Assembly (NCBI GenBank): GCA_044892525.1
Contig: CM097885.1
Coordinates: 7,194,001 to 7,258,000 of the forward strand
DNA length: 64,000 bases
Direction: 5' to 3'
Origin: Schmidtea polychroa
Lineage: Eukaryota
Shown here: piece after piece, positions 41,035-55,100 of the stretch
Layout of the letters: the number at the start of each line of letters is the position of its first letter
Position numbering within the stretch: the stretch's first letter is position 1
Translations under genes and position numbers: made by a program
The notes under the pieces: model-generated
Databases searched by the model: none
The model's input: only the letters and a program-made list of their open reading frames with translations
Told to the model about the DNA's origin: nothing

Positions 41035-41640
41035 ATTATTCAATTAAAGTAAATTATGGCTCAAATTTTTCAATTAAAGTAAATAATGGTTCTAAAAAAT
41101 TAAATTACAGTAAATTATGGCTCAAATTTTTCAATTAAAGTAAATAATGGTTCTAAAAAATTAAATTACAGTAAATTATGGCTCAAATTTTTCAATTAAA
41201 GTAAATAATGGTTCTAAAAAATTAAATTAAAGTAAATAATGGTCCAAATTTTAAAATTAAAGTAAATTAAGGTCCTAAAAATTAAATTAAAGTAAATTAA
41301 GGTCCTAAAAATTAAATTACAGTAAATAATGGTTCTAAAAAATTAAATTAAAGTAAATTATGGTCCAAATTTTTCAATTAAAGTAAATAATGGTTCTAAA
41401 AAATTAAATTAAAGTAAATTATGGTCCAAATTTTTCAATTAAAGTAAATAATGGTCCAAATTTTAAAATTAAAGTAAATTATGGTCCTAAAAATTAAATT
41501 AAAGTAAATTATGGTTCTAAATTTTAAATTAAAGTTAATTAAGGTCCAAATTTTTAAATTAAGTAATCAATGGTAAAAAATTTTAAATAAGTAATAATTT
41601 TTAAATAAGTAAATTAAAGTAATGTAATAAGTAAATTAAA
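41035..41640. repeat. ~28-30 bp AT-rich minisatellite (mirrored at ~54170-54780)
   Basis: TTAAAGTAAATTATGGTCCAAATTTTTCAA-type units. Confidence 0.9.
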
Positions 41641-41869
41641 GTAAGATTTTAAAATTTATTAACAAAAAGTTGAAGGTGTTTGAGAATTGAAATTTTTTAA
41701 TGAAAATTTTTATGAAAAATATTTCAATGGTAATTTTTAATGGAAATTTTTATGAAATATTTTTTTTAAGTAATTTTTAATGGAAATTTTTATGAAATAT
41801 TTTTCAATGATAATTTTTAATGGAAATTTTTAAGAAATATTTTTCAAAGACAAATTTTAATAATAATTC

Positions 41870-43175
41870 AACAACAAATCAACAACTTAGTACCAACAAC
41901 CAGTAACTTACGAACATGTATTACCAACCAGATACCTACAACTAGTTACTAACAACCAGTTACCTGATACCAGATACCTACAACTAGATACCTACAACTA
42001 GTTACCTGATACCAACTACTAACAACCACCTACCCATTAACTAGCTACAACCAGCTAACTACTAGATACCACGTACTAAATAACTCTCAAACAACCAAGT
42101 ACTTACAACTAATTACCAGATACCAAGTACTATCAACCAGCTTACAACCTGATACCAACAACTAACAACTAACAACAACCAGATACCTACAACCAGTTAC
42201 CTGATACCAAGTACATACAACAAAACAACCAACCAACTAGGTACCAACTACTTACAACCTACCAAGTACTTACAACCACCTACCAATTACCTAGCTACAA
42301 CCTACAACTAGATACCAAGTACTATCAACCAAAAACAACCAACCAACTAGGTACTAGATACCAAGTACTCACAACCGACAACAACCAAGTACTAAGCATT
42401 ATTAACCAACATCAACCAGGTACTAAGCATTAATTACCAACTACTAAGTACCTACAACCACCTACCCATTAACTAGCTACAACCAGTTACCTGCTACTAA
42501 GTACATACAACCAACATCAACCAGGTACTAAGCATTATTAACCAACTACTAAGTACCTACAACCAACCACCTACCAAGTACTAACAACCAACTATCAACC
42601 AGATACCAAGTACTAACAATCAACTAACAACACATAAAAATAATTGCAATTAAATACAAAATATTCTTCATCAAATACAATATCTTCTTATCAAAATCTA
42701 AAAAATCAACCAACTACTTACAACCTACCAAGTACTTACAACCACCTACCTATTAACTAGTTACAACCAGCTAACAACCAGTTACCTGATACTAAGTACC
42801 TACAACCACCTACTAAGTACCAACAACCAGCTAAAAACTAACAGCTAGATACCAAGTACTCACAACCAACAACAACCAGGTACTAAGCATTAATTACCAA
42901 CTACTAAGTACCTACAACCAACTAACAACCACCTACCAAGTAATAAGCATTATCAACCAACTACTAAGTACCTACAACCAACTAGCTACCACCTACAACT
43001 AGATACTAACAACCAGTTACCAACTACTAAGCATTAATTACCTACAACTAGTTACTAACAACTAGCTACCAAGTACATACAACCAGACACTAAGCATTAT
43101 CAACCAAGTACTAACAACCAAGTACAAGATACTTAGTACTGTCAACTAGATACCAAACACTTACAACCAGATGAC
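41870..43175. repeat. Strand-asymmetric A/C-rich scrambled repeat (mirrored at ~52485-53905)
   Basis: Mosaic of short words such as ACCAAGTACT, CCTACAAC, AGATACC, ACAACCAG and ACTAAGCATT. Confidence 0.85.
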
Positions 43176-43540
43176 CACATGAAATTATTGGTTAAATATG
43201 AAAATAAGGGTTATAATTAGTTGTTTAGTAAATTATGGTGTAAAATTAAGTAATAAAGCATAAATAGGTAAATTAAGGATAAGTAAATTAAAGTTAAAAA
43301 ATTAAATTAAAGTTAATTAAGGTCCAAATTTTAAAAATAAGTAATCAATGTTCTAAAAAATTAAATTAAAGTTAAATAAGTAAATTAAAGTAATAATTTT
43401 TAAAGAATTTAATTAAAGTAATAATTTTTAAATAAGTAATGTAATAAGTAAATTAAAGTAAGATTTTTAATTTTATTATCAAAAGATTGAATAACCACCA
43501 ACTTTTTTGAGAAATGTAATTTATAATGAAAATTTAAATG

Positions 43541-43595
<55 letters not shown>

Positions 43596-44021
43596 TCAAC
43601 AGTTACCAACAATCGGTTACTGATTATTTTTTAACTAGGTGCTAACAAATACTTACAACTAGATACCACGTACTAACTAACTCTCAAACAACCAGATACT
43701 TACAACTAACTACTAAATATTCTTCACTGTATTTTATGAAATGCTTTTTAAATTAATATTTTTTATACAGCTTCTATAATAATTTTAATTACAATCAGTA
43801 GAAAAACCTTTTCAAATTTAACAAAAATGATGATTTTCATCAAAAAACCACAACTCAACCACTTTAAAACACCACGTGGAATTCAAAATAATTACAATGA
43901 AAGACTAATGAATTCTAATTTACAAAACATTCTTCTTTTAAATGATAACTACTGACTTATTATTGCAAAGTAAAAATCACATTCAATAAATACTTATTAT
44001 TGATCAGTTTTATTATATATA

Positions 44022-47000
44022 CTCTGAGTTTATCCGACAGGATGTTTTGACCCCCTAAGGGTACAGGTCGTAAGGATATTAGTCGTAAGGGTACTGGTCG
44101 TAAAGGTACTAGTCGTAGGGGTATTGGTAACACTTAACCACAACCTACCCATTAACTAGCTACTAAGTACTAACCACTAGGTTTCAAACAACAACTACTA
44201 ACAACCACCATCAAAACCCATCGAGAAATTAACAAATATCAACCTACAACTATATAACAATCAGTAAACAACACTGTACCAACTACCAAATACAAGATAC
44301 CAACAACTTAGTACCAAAAATCAACTAACAACACATAAAAATAATAGCAATTAAATACAAAATATTCTTCATCGCATACACTATTTTCTTATCAAAATCT
44401 AAAAAGTCAATCAGATACCAACTACCAAGTACCAAGTACTAACAACCAACTACCTAGAACCAACAACTATGTACTAACAAATTGATCTTTAAAAGCAAAT
44501 ACTCTTCACTTGAAAAATTGGATGAAAAATTATTTGAACTCAAGGCATCAATAACTTGGTAAAAATTGATTAAATAATTGTAAAAATTTAAATTATTCAA
44601 AATAAATATCATAAAAATTTAATTAATGGACAAGAAAAAATTCTAATCATCCAATAAATAAAAAAAAATGCTGATCATTCAAGTTGAATCAACTAAGATA
44701 ATAAATTAATAAGATAAGATCTAGTAGATAATTGATTAAGATTGAATAAATTAATTTAAATAAAATTAAATTTAATTATTTTTGTAAAAGTAATACATGT
44801 ACTCAAATTGATTGACTGATTTCTCAATATATTCAAAAAAAATCAGTATAAATTCATTACAATTATCAAAGTCAGCAATCTACAATAAAAATAATTATCA
44901 TAAAATTCCAAAAGAGACTAGATAACTAATGATAACATCTAATAAACCAGTAAATTTATTTAAATGACAATAATTGGTATATCCTAGTGAATTCTCCAAT
45001 TTCTCATTTCCTCCCAAATATATCAATATGTAAAGATTAGTATTGTAATGATAAATACTTGTTAAAGATCATATATTTACCTCAAACTAACAAGATTCCT
45101 TAAAATCCCTTAAATGACTATATTTCTACCCTTAATTCATATTATTACAAATATTTCACTAAAATCATCTAAAAAGCATCAAATTTCCCTGAAATAACTC
45201 TATCTTTTAAGATTGATATTTTAATGATAAGTACTTGTTAAAGATCATATATTCCCCTCAGACTAATAAGATTGCTTAAACTCCCCTTTAAATGACTATA
45301 ATTCTAACTTTAATTCCTATTATCATACATGTTTCACTATTGATAAAACCGGTTATAATTAACTTTTTGTTAATCACTGTACTCGAAATTTAAAATAAAT
45401 ATAACTGACTAGGTCCCATTAAAAGATTAAATTTATCCATTCAATAAAATATATTTCTTCAAATGATCATTTTTACCAATATTCAACCGATTTAATTACT
45501 AATTAAAATCAAGATTTCTTCCAATAAAGATCAATTTTATTTAGTCGATGTTTTAAGTCCATATTTCTAAACTTTTGTCATTCTCCGCCTAAATAAAGAT
45601 AAAAATAAATTAAAGTTGATATCAATCCCAATTATCTGTAAAGATTTCATTGTCAAAACCAAGTAAATCGATCATTATCCCTACTTAATAAAACATTGTT
45701 CTAAATTAATTTACTGTGCATTAATCACAACCTAATAAAACGATATAATTATTATTGATTCATAACTGACTAATGTATTGCAATTTCCTTAAAAAACATT
45801 GATATTTTACCAACATCACCCTAAAAAAATCATATATTCCCATCGAAACCCTTCCCTCATTAAATATATTCACAATAATATATTCCCATCTTAACCCATC
45901 TCACATTAAATCTAACCGACTATATCCCCTTAAAAGATCATATTTTCCCCATCTTAACCGATCTCTCATTAAATCTAACCAACAATATCCCATCTTAACC
46001 GATCTCTCATTAAATCTAACCGACTATATCCCTTTAAAAATCATATATTCCCATCTCTCATTAAATCTAATCGATAATATCCCATCTTATCCGATCTCTC
46101 AGCAAATATTTCTACCCTTTTAAACATCTATCCGATTATATCCCTTAATTTCCCTAAAGATTCCACCCACTTGAACCCTTTAATATATATCAATCCTCTT
46201 AATATCCTTAGAGAACTTCAAAAAGTATGAATTTCCATAAACTGTTAAAGACACCAGGCATTCTTCCATTGAAATAATTTAGAAGCTAAATAATAAGAGC
46301 CCACTAAAAGATCAAAATTTACTAAAATTTTCTACAAATATTTACCATCAAATACTGGAGATGATATATATTGATTGATCATAATTCTTCATCGATTCAA
46401 CCAATCATTTTCAAGCAATAACAGCAAACTAAATTTCTGTATATCCTACAATAATTATCAAGTAAATTTAAAGTCATTGATAAATATTCTTAGAAAATTA
46501 TTGAAAAAAATTATCTAGTCAAATATATTACAAAGTTATCATCAAAAATTTATTCTATCACTTAATTATTAACCTAATTGTCAATGAAATTAATTTTTAT
46601 TTAAAAACTATTCAATAAAATACAACTAATTATCAAGAAATTAACTAAATTTATCAATTAAATTTATCACCATTAAAACTTTTAATCAGTCAACATGAAA
46701 TTCTTAGAAAATTATTCAATATCCTCATAAAAATTTATCCTACCACTTCATTATTGTAAAATCTCTAATTATTAACCTCATTGAAAATAATTTTTATTTA
46801 AAATTAAAAAAAAAACAAGTCAATAAAAATACATCCAATTATCAAGAAATTAATTAAATTTATCTTAGAATTAGCATTAAATTATTAAATATTCATTCAA
46901 TAAACATGAAATTCGCAAAAATAATAGGAAATTCACAAAAATGATAGATATCCACAAAAATTACAGATAATCAAAAAAATTACGGAAAATAATAGAAATC

Positions 47001-47271
47001 CGCAAAAATAATAGAAATTCACAAAAAAACGATAAAAATTCACAATAAAAAAACGATAAAAATTCACAAAAAAGATAGAAATTTACTTGAATAAAACCAT
47101 CAACTCTAAAAATTATGAATGCCTTAAACATCAAATTTGCCTAAATAATCATTCAAATAAAAACATTAAATACCTTTACGACTAATACCCTTGCGACATG
47201 TTGAATGTGAGTAGTACCCTTGTGAGCAATACCCATAGGGGGACAGAATATTTTGTCGGATAAACTCAGAG
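44022..47271. mobile_element. Pair of DNA-transposon-like TIRs flanked by TA, inside the Polinton-like element
   Basis: TA|CTCTGAGTTTATCCGACA...TGTCGGATAAACTCAGAG|TA with ~16-bp subterminal repeats (GTCGTAAGGGTA). Other end copies at 36428-36513 and ~51525-51626. Confidence 0.65.
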
Positions 47272-47789
47272 TATATATTAATTAACTCATTTATCATTGA
47301 ATTAGTCAAATTATCGTAAATTTCGATAAAAAATCTAAAGTGGTAAGCAATGTAAAGAGAAATATTCTTTAAATTTTGATAAAATTAACAATGAAGGTGG
47401 TAAGAATCTTCATTAAAGTGAGGAAATTATTCATTACTCGATTCAAATGGGTGAAAATAATTGGTAGAATAATCCATTAATGGAGGTAGATAATGAGAAG
47501 TGGCATAGATAAGAAGAAGGTGGATAAGAATGGAAGTATATTAATTGAATTTATTTAAAATTATTTCATAAAATTCATAAATTTAATAAAAAAAAACTTT
47601 TAAAACAAATATTTGTGGGGATGTTTTAAGTGAATAATTAATAAAAATCGGCGGAATATTAGTGATTAATTAATGGAAAATAGAGAATCGGGGAATATAA
47701 GTGAATAATTAATGGAAATTCTAGGGAATACAAATGATTAAATAGTGGAAATCGGGGGAATATAGGAGATTAAATAGTGGGATAATGAG

Positions 47790-48915
47790 AATCGGTGGAA
47801 TATAAGTGAGAAGGATATGTAATTTAAACTATTTTATTACGTAACAAGCCATGACTAGTTTATTGCATAACAAGCTGTGAACGGGATTTTACCAACATTT
47901 TACCTAGTATGTAATTTAATTTTTATTGTATTTTTAAATTGTATATATTTTCAATATCATTCTATTGCTTTATTCCAATAATAAGTTTAAAAAGTATATA
48001 ATGATTAATAAATTAATATCGTGTTAACATTTATTTGAGAATTTAAAAAACTTTACTTAAAATTTAGTGAAATATTTAATTTTGATTGTATTTTATAAGA
48101 CATATATTTGAGTATTAACTTATTTTGATTGAAGTATTATATTCAATATTATGATGATTTTTTTTTTCTAAATTAAAATATTTTAGTGTAAAATAGTAAA
48201 TTTAATAATGAATAGAATACAATATTAAAGGACTTTTTAAAAAGAAAAATTACTTTCTATTACCTAATTTCATCATTAAGTTTAAGAAGTCTATAACTGT
48301 CAATAAATCAATTTCTTATTCACATTTTCTTATAAAACTTATATTTTTAAATTTAGTGTAAAGAATTTAATTTTAATTGTATTTTATAAGTCATTTATTA
48401 GAATATTTATCTTATTTTTATTGAAAGGAGTAATATAATTAATAATATGATAATTGTTTTTGAAATATTTAGTGTAGAATAATAAATTTATTAATAAATA
48501 ATTATTACAATATTAAAGGACTTATACAACAAAATTTTTGTCTTATTCCATAAAAAAGTTTTAAAGTATATAACTGGTAATAAATTAATTTCTTATTTAA
48601 ATTTATTTAAAAAAGCTTTACTTATAAAATTTATATTTTCGAAGACTTATATTTGAATATTAACTTATATTGATTGAAAAGGGTAATTGATTTAGAAATT
48701 AATTAGTGTAAATCAAAACATTTAAATTATTAAGGTATTAAAGTACCTATTCAAAAATTAAAAAAAAGACCTAATCAATAATATTCAATAAAATACTATT
48801 CACAGCTTGTTATGTAATAAACTAGTCACGGCTTGTTATGTAATAAACTAGTCGTGGCTTGTTACGTAATAAAATAGTTTAAATTACATATCCTTCTCAC
48901 TTATATTCCACCGAT
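47790..48915. repeat. Inner inverted repeat (47790-47881 vs 48799-48915) enclosing ~0.9 kb with diverged ~290-bp tandem units
   Basis: AATCGGTGGAATATAAGTGAGAAGGATATGTAATTTAAACTATTTTATTACGTAACAAGCC and its exact reverse complement. Confidence 0.9.
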
Positions 48916-51900
48916 TTTTATGAGGATATTGAATAATTTTCTAAGAATTTCATGTTGACTGATTAAAAGTTTTAATGGTGATAAATTTAATTGATAAATT
49001 TAGTTAATTTCTTGATAATTAGTTGTATTTTATTGAATAGTTTTTAAATAAAAATTAATTTCATTGACAATTAGGTTAATAATTAAGTGATAGAATAAAT
49101 TTTTGATGATAACTTTGTAATATATTTGACTAGATAATTTTTTTCAATAATTTTCTAAGAATATTTATCAATGACTTTAAATTTACTTGATAATTATTGT
49201 AGGATATACAGAAATTTAGTTTGCTGTTATTGCTTGAAAATGATTGGTTGAATCGATGAAGAATTATGATCAATCAATATATATCATCTCCAGTATTTGA
49301 TGGTAAATATTTGTAGAAAATTTTAGTAAATTTTGATCTTTTAGTGGGCTCTTATTATTTAGCTTCTAAATTATTTCAATGGAAGAATGCCTGGTGTCTT
49401 TAACAGTTTATGAAAATTCATACTTTTTGAAGTTCTCTAAGGATATTAAGAGGATTGATATATATTAAAGGGTTCAAGTGGGTGGAATCTTTAGGGAAAT
49501 TAAGGGATATAATCGGATAGATGTTTAAAAGGGTAGAAATATTTGCTGAGAGATCGGATAAGATGGGATATTATCGATTAGATTTAATGAGAGATGGGAA
49601 TATATGATTTTTAAAGGGATATAGTCGGTTAGATTTAATGAGAGATCGGTTAAGATGGGATATTGTTGGTTAGATTTAATGAGAGATCGGTTAAGATGGG
49701 GAAAATATGATCTTTTAAGGGGATATAGTCGGTTAGATTTAATGTGAGATGGGTTAAGATGGGAATATATTATTGTGAATATATTTAATGAGGGAAGGGT
49801 TTCGATGGGAATATATGATTTTTTAAGGGTGATGTTGGTAAAATATCAATGTTTTTTAAGGAAATTGCAATACATTAGTCAGTTATGAATCAATAATAAT
49901 TATATCGTTTTATTAGGTTGTGATTAATGCACAGTAAATTAATTTAGAACAATGTTTTATTAAGTAGGGATAATGATCGATTTACTTGGTTTTGACAATG
50001 AAATCTTTACAGATAATTGGGATTGATATCAACTTTAATTTATTTTTATCTTTATTTAGGCGGAGAATGACAAAAGTTTAGAAATATGGACTTAAAACAT
50101 CGACTAAATAAAATTGATCTTTATTGGAAGAAATCTTGATTTTAATTAGTAATTAAATCGGTTGAATATTGGTAAAAATGATCATTTGAAGAAATATATT
50201 TTATTGAATGGATAAATTTAATCTTTTAATGGGACCTAGTCAGTTATATTTATTTTAAATTTCGAGTACAGTGATTAACAAAAAGTTAATTATAACCGGT
50301 TTTATCAATAGTGAAACATGTATGATAATAGGAATTAAAGTTAGAATTATAGTCATTTAAAGGGGAGTTTAAGCAATCTTATTAGTCTGAGGGGAATATA
50401 TGATCTTTAACAAGTACTTATCATTAAAATATCAATCTTAAAAGATAGAGTTATTTCAGGGAAATTTGATGCTTTTTAGATGATTTTAGTGAAATATTTG
50501 TAATAATATGAATTAAGGGTAGAAATATAGTCATTTAAGGGATTTTAAGGAATCTTGTTAGTTTGAGGTAAATATATGATCTTTAACAAGTATTTATCAT
50601 TACAATACTAATCTTTACATATTGATATATTTGGGAGGAAATGAGAAATTGGAGAATTCACTAGGATATACCAATTATTGTCATTTAAATAAATTTACTG
50701 GTTTATTAGATGTTATCATTAGTTATCTAGTCTCTTTTGGAATTTTATGATAATTATTTTTATTGTAGATTGCTGACTTTGATAATTGTAATGAATTTAT
50801 ACTGATTTTTTTTGAATATATTGAGAAATCAGTCAATCAATTTGAGTACATGTATTACTTTTACAAAAATAATTAAATTTAATTTTATTTAAATTAATTT
50901 ATTCAATCTTAATCAATTATCTACTAGATCTTATCTTATTAATTTATTATCTTAGTTGATTCAACTTGAATGATCAGCATTTTTTTTTATTTATTGGATG
51001 ATTAGAATTTTTTCTTGTCCATTAATTAAATTTTTATGATATTTATTTTGAATAATTTAAATTTTTACAATTATTTAATCAATTTTTACCAAGTTATTGA
51101 TGCCTTGAGTTCAAATAATTTTTCATCCAATTTTTCAAGTGAAGAGTATTTGCTTTTAAAGATCAATTTGTTAGTACATAGTTGTTGGTTCTAGGTAGTT
51201 GGTTGTTAGTACTTGGTACTTGGTAGTTGGTATCTGATTGACTTTTTAGATTTTGATAAGAAAATAGTGTATGCGATGAAGAATATTTTGTATTTAATTG
51301 CTATTATTTTTATGTGTTGTTAGTTGATTGTTGGTACTAAGTTGTTGGTATCTTGTATTTGGTAGTTGGTACAGTGTTGTTTACTGATTGTTATATAGTT
51401 GTAGGTTGATATTTGTTAATTTCTCGATGGGTTTTGATGGTGGTTGTTAGTAGTTGTTGTTTGAAACCTAGTGGTTAGTACTTAGTAGCTAGTTAATGGG
51501 TAGGTTGTGGTTAAGTGTTACCAATACCCCTACGACTAGTACCTTTACGACCAGTACCCTTACGACTAATACCCTTACGACCTGTACCCTTAGGGGGTCA
51601 AAACATCCTGTCGGATAAACTCAGAGTATATATAATAAAACTGATCAATAATAAGTATTTATTGAATGTGATTTTTACTTTGCAATAATAAGTCAGTAGT
51701 TATCATTTAAAAGAAGAATGTTTTGTAAATTAGAATTCATTAGTCTTTCATTGTAATTATTTTGAATTCCACGTGGTGTTTTAAAGTGGTTGAGTTGTGG
51801 TTTTTTGATGAAAATCATCATTTTTGTTAAATTTGAAAAGGTTTTTCTACTGATTGTAATTAAAATTATTATAGAAGCTGTATAAAAAATATTAATTTAA

Positions 51901-52052
51901 AAAGCATTTCATAAAATACAGTGAAGAATATTTAGTAGTTAGTTGTAAGTATCTGGTTGTTTGAGAGTTAGTTAGTACGTGGTATCTAGTTGTAAGTATT
52001 TGTTAGCACCTAGTTAAAAAATAATCAGTAACCGATTGTTGGTAACTGTTGA

Positions 52053-52119
<67 letters not shown>

Positions 52120-55100
52120 CATTTAAATTTTCATTATAAATTACATTTCTCAAAAAAGTTGGTGGTTATTCAATCTTTTGATAATAAAATTAAAAATCTT
52201 ACTTTAATTTACTTATTACATTACTTATTTAAAAATTATTACTTTAATTAAATTCTTTAAAAATTATTACTTTAATTTACTTATTTAACTTTAATTTAAT
52301 TTTTTAGAACATTGATTACTTATTTTTAAAATTTGGACCTTAATTAACTTTAATTTAATTTTTTAACTTTAATTTACTTATCCTTAATTTACCTATTTAT
52401 GCTTTATTACTTAATTTTACACCATAATTTACTAAACAACTAATTATAACCCTTATTTTCATATTTAACCAATAATTTCATGTGGTCATCTGGTTGTAAG
52501 TGTTTGGTATCTAGTTGACAGTACTAGGTATCTTGTACTTGGTTGTTAGTACTTGGTTGATAATGCTTAGTGTCTGGTTGTATGTACTTGGTAGCTAGTT
52601 GTTAGTAACTAGTTGTAGGTAATTAATGCTTAGTAGTTGGTAACTGGTTGTTAGTATCTAGTTGTAGGTGGTAGCTAGTTGGTTGTAGGTACTTAGTAGT
52701 TGGTTGATAATGCTTATTACTTGGTAGGTGGTTGTTAGTTGGTTGTAGGTACTTAGTAGTTGGTAATTAATGCTTAGTACCTGGTTGTTGTTGGTTGTGA
52801 GTACTTGGTATCTAGCTGTTAGTTTTTAGCTGGTTGTTGGTACTTAGTAGGTGGTTGTAGGTACTTAGTATCAGGTAACTGGTTGTTAGCTGGTTGTAAC
52901 TAGTTAATAGGTAGGTGGTTGTAAGTACTTGGTAGGTTGTAAGTAGTTGGTTGATTTTTTAGATTTTGATAAGAAGATATTGTATTTGATGAAGAATATT
53001 TTGTATTTAATTGCAATTATTTTTATGTGTTGTTAGTTGATTGTTAGTACTTGGTATCTGGTTGATAGTTGGTTGTTAGTACTTGGTAGGTGGTTGGTTG
53101 TAGGTACTTAGTAGTTGGTTAATAATGCTTAGTACCTGGTTGATGTTGGTTGTATGTACTTAGTAGCAGGTAACTGGTTGTAGCTAGTTAATGGGTAGGT
53201 GGTTGTAGGTACTTAGTAGTTGGTAATTAATGCTTAGTACCTGGTTGATGTTGGTTAATAATGCTTAGTACTTGGTTGTTGTCGGTTGTGAGTACTTGGT
53301 ATCTAGTACCTAGTTGGTTGGTTGTTTTTGGTTGATAGTACTTGGTATCTAGTTGTAGGTTGTAGCTAGGTAATTGGTAGGTGGTTGTATGTACTTGGTA
53401 GTTAGTTGTAAGTACTTGGTACCTAGTTGGTTGGTTGTTTTTGGTTGATAGTACTTGGTATCTAGTTGTAGGTTGTAGCTAGGTAATTGGTAGGTGGTTG
53501 TAAGTACTTGGTAGGTTGTAAGTAGTTGGTACCTAGTTGGTTGGTTGTTTTGTTGTATGTACTTGGTATCAGGTAACTGGTTGTAGGTATCTGGTTGTTG
53601 TTAGTTGTTAGTTGTTGGTATCAGGTTGTAAGCTGGTTGATAGTACTTGGTATCTGGTAATTAGTTGTAAGTACTTGGTTGTTTGAGAGTTATTTAGTAC
53701 GTGGTATCTAGTAGTTAGCTGGTTGTAGCTAGTTAATGGGTAGGTGGTTGTTAGTAGTTGGTATCAGGTAACTAGTTGTAGGTATCTAGTTGTAGGTATC
53801 TGGTATCAGGTAACTGGTTGTTAGTAACTAGTTGTAGGTATCTGGTTGGTAATACATGTTCGTAAGTTACTGGTTGTTGGTACTAAGTTGTTGATTTGTT
53901 GTTGAATTATTATTAAAATTTGTCTTTGAAAAATATTTCTTAAAAATTTCCATTAAAAATTATCATTGAAAAATATTTCATAAAAATTTCCATTAAAAAT
54001 TACTTAAAAAAAATATTTCATAAAAATTTCCATTCAAAATTACTTAAAAAAATATTTCATAAAAATTTCCATTAAAAATTACCATTGAAAAATTTTTCAT
54101 AAAAATTTTCATTAAAAAATTTCAATTCTCAAACACCTTCAACTTTTTGTTAATAAATTTTAAAATCTTACTTTAATTTACTTATTACATTACTTTAATT
54201 TACTTATCTAAAAATTATTACTTATTTAAAATTTTTTACCATTGATTACTTAATTTAAAAATTTGGACCTTAATTAACTTTAATTTAAAATTTAGAACCA
54301 TAATTTACTTTAATTTAATTTTTAGGACCATAATTTACTTTAATTTTAAAATTTGGACCATTATTTACTTTAATTGAAAAATTTGGACCATAATTTACTT
54401 TAATTTAATTTTTTAGAACCATTATTTACTTTAATTGAAAAATTTGGACTATAATTTACTTTAATTTAATTTTTTAGAACCATTATTTACTGTAATTTAA
54501 TTTTTAGGACCTTAATTTACTTTAATTTAATTTTTAGGACCTTAATTTACTTTAATTTTAAAATTTGGACCATTATTTACTTTAATTTAATTTTTTAGAA
54601 CCATTATTTACTTTAATTGAAAAATTTGAGCCATAATTTACTGTAATTTAATTTTTTAGAACCATTATTTACTTTAATTGAAAAATTTGAGCCATAATTT
54701 ACTGTAATTTAATTTTTTAGAACCATTATTTACTTTAATTGAAAAATTTGAGCCATAATTTACTTTAATTGAATAATTTACCACGTTTTTTAGTGTAGAC
54801 CACCTTTTTCTCAGAATCAAGGAGACTCACCTCACTATAGTCTGAAAAATCCTTGGCTTTTTTAGTGTAGACCACCTATTTGTATTGAAAATATCCTGAG
54901 ACCTTAAATTACCATGCTTTTTAGTGTAGACCAGCTTTTTGTATTGAAAATATCCCGAGACCTTAAATTACCACGTTTTTTAGTGTAGAACACCTATTTC
55001 TCAGGACCAAGGAGACTCACCTCACTATAGTCTGAAAAATCCTTGGCTTTTTTAGTGGTAGTCGGATTTTTGTATAGAAAAATTTAATTTGTATCGAAAA

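Noticed and set aside
39962..41047. Cluster of short similar ORFs, mirrored at 55254-56137
   Set aside because: Incidental frames through the 117-bp tandem repeat, with no domain signal.
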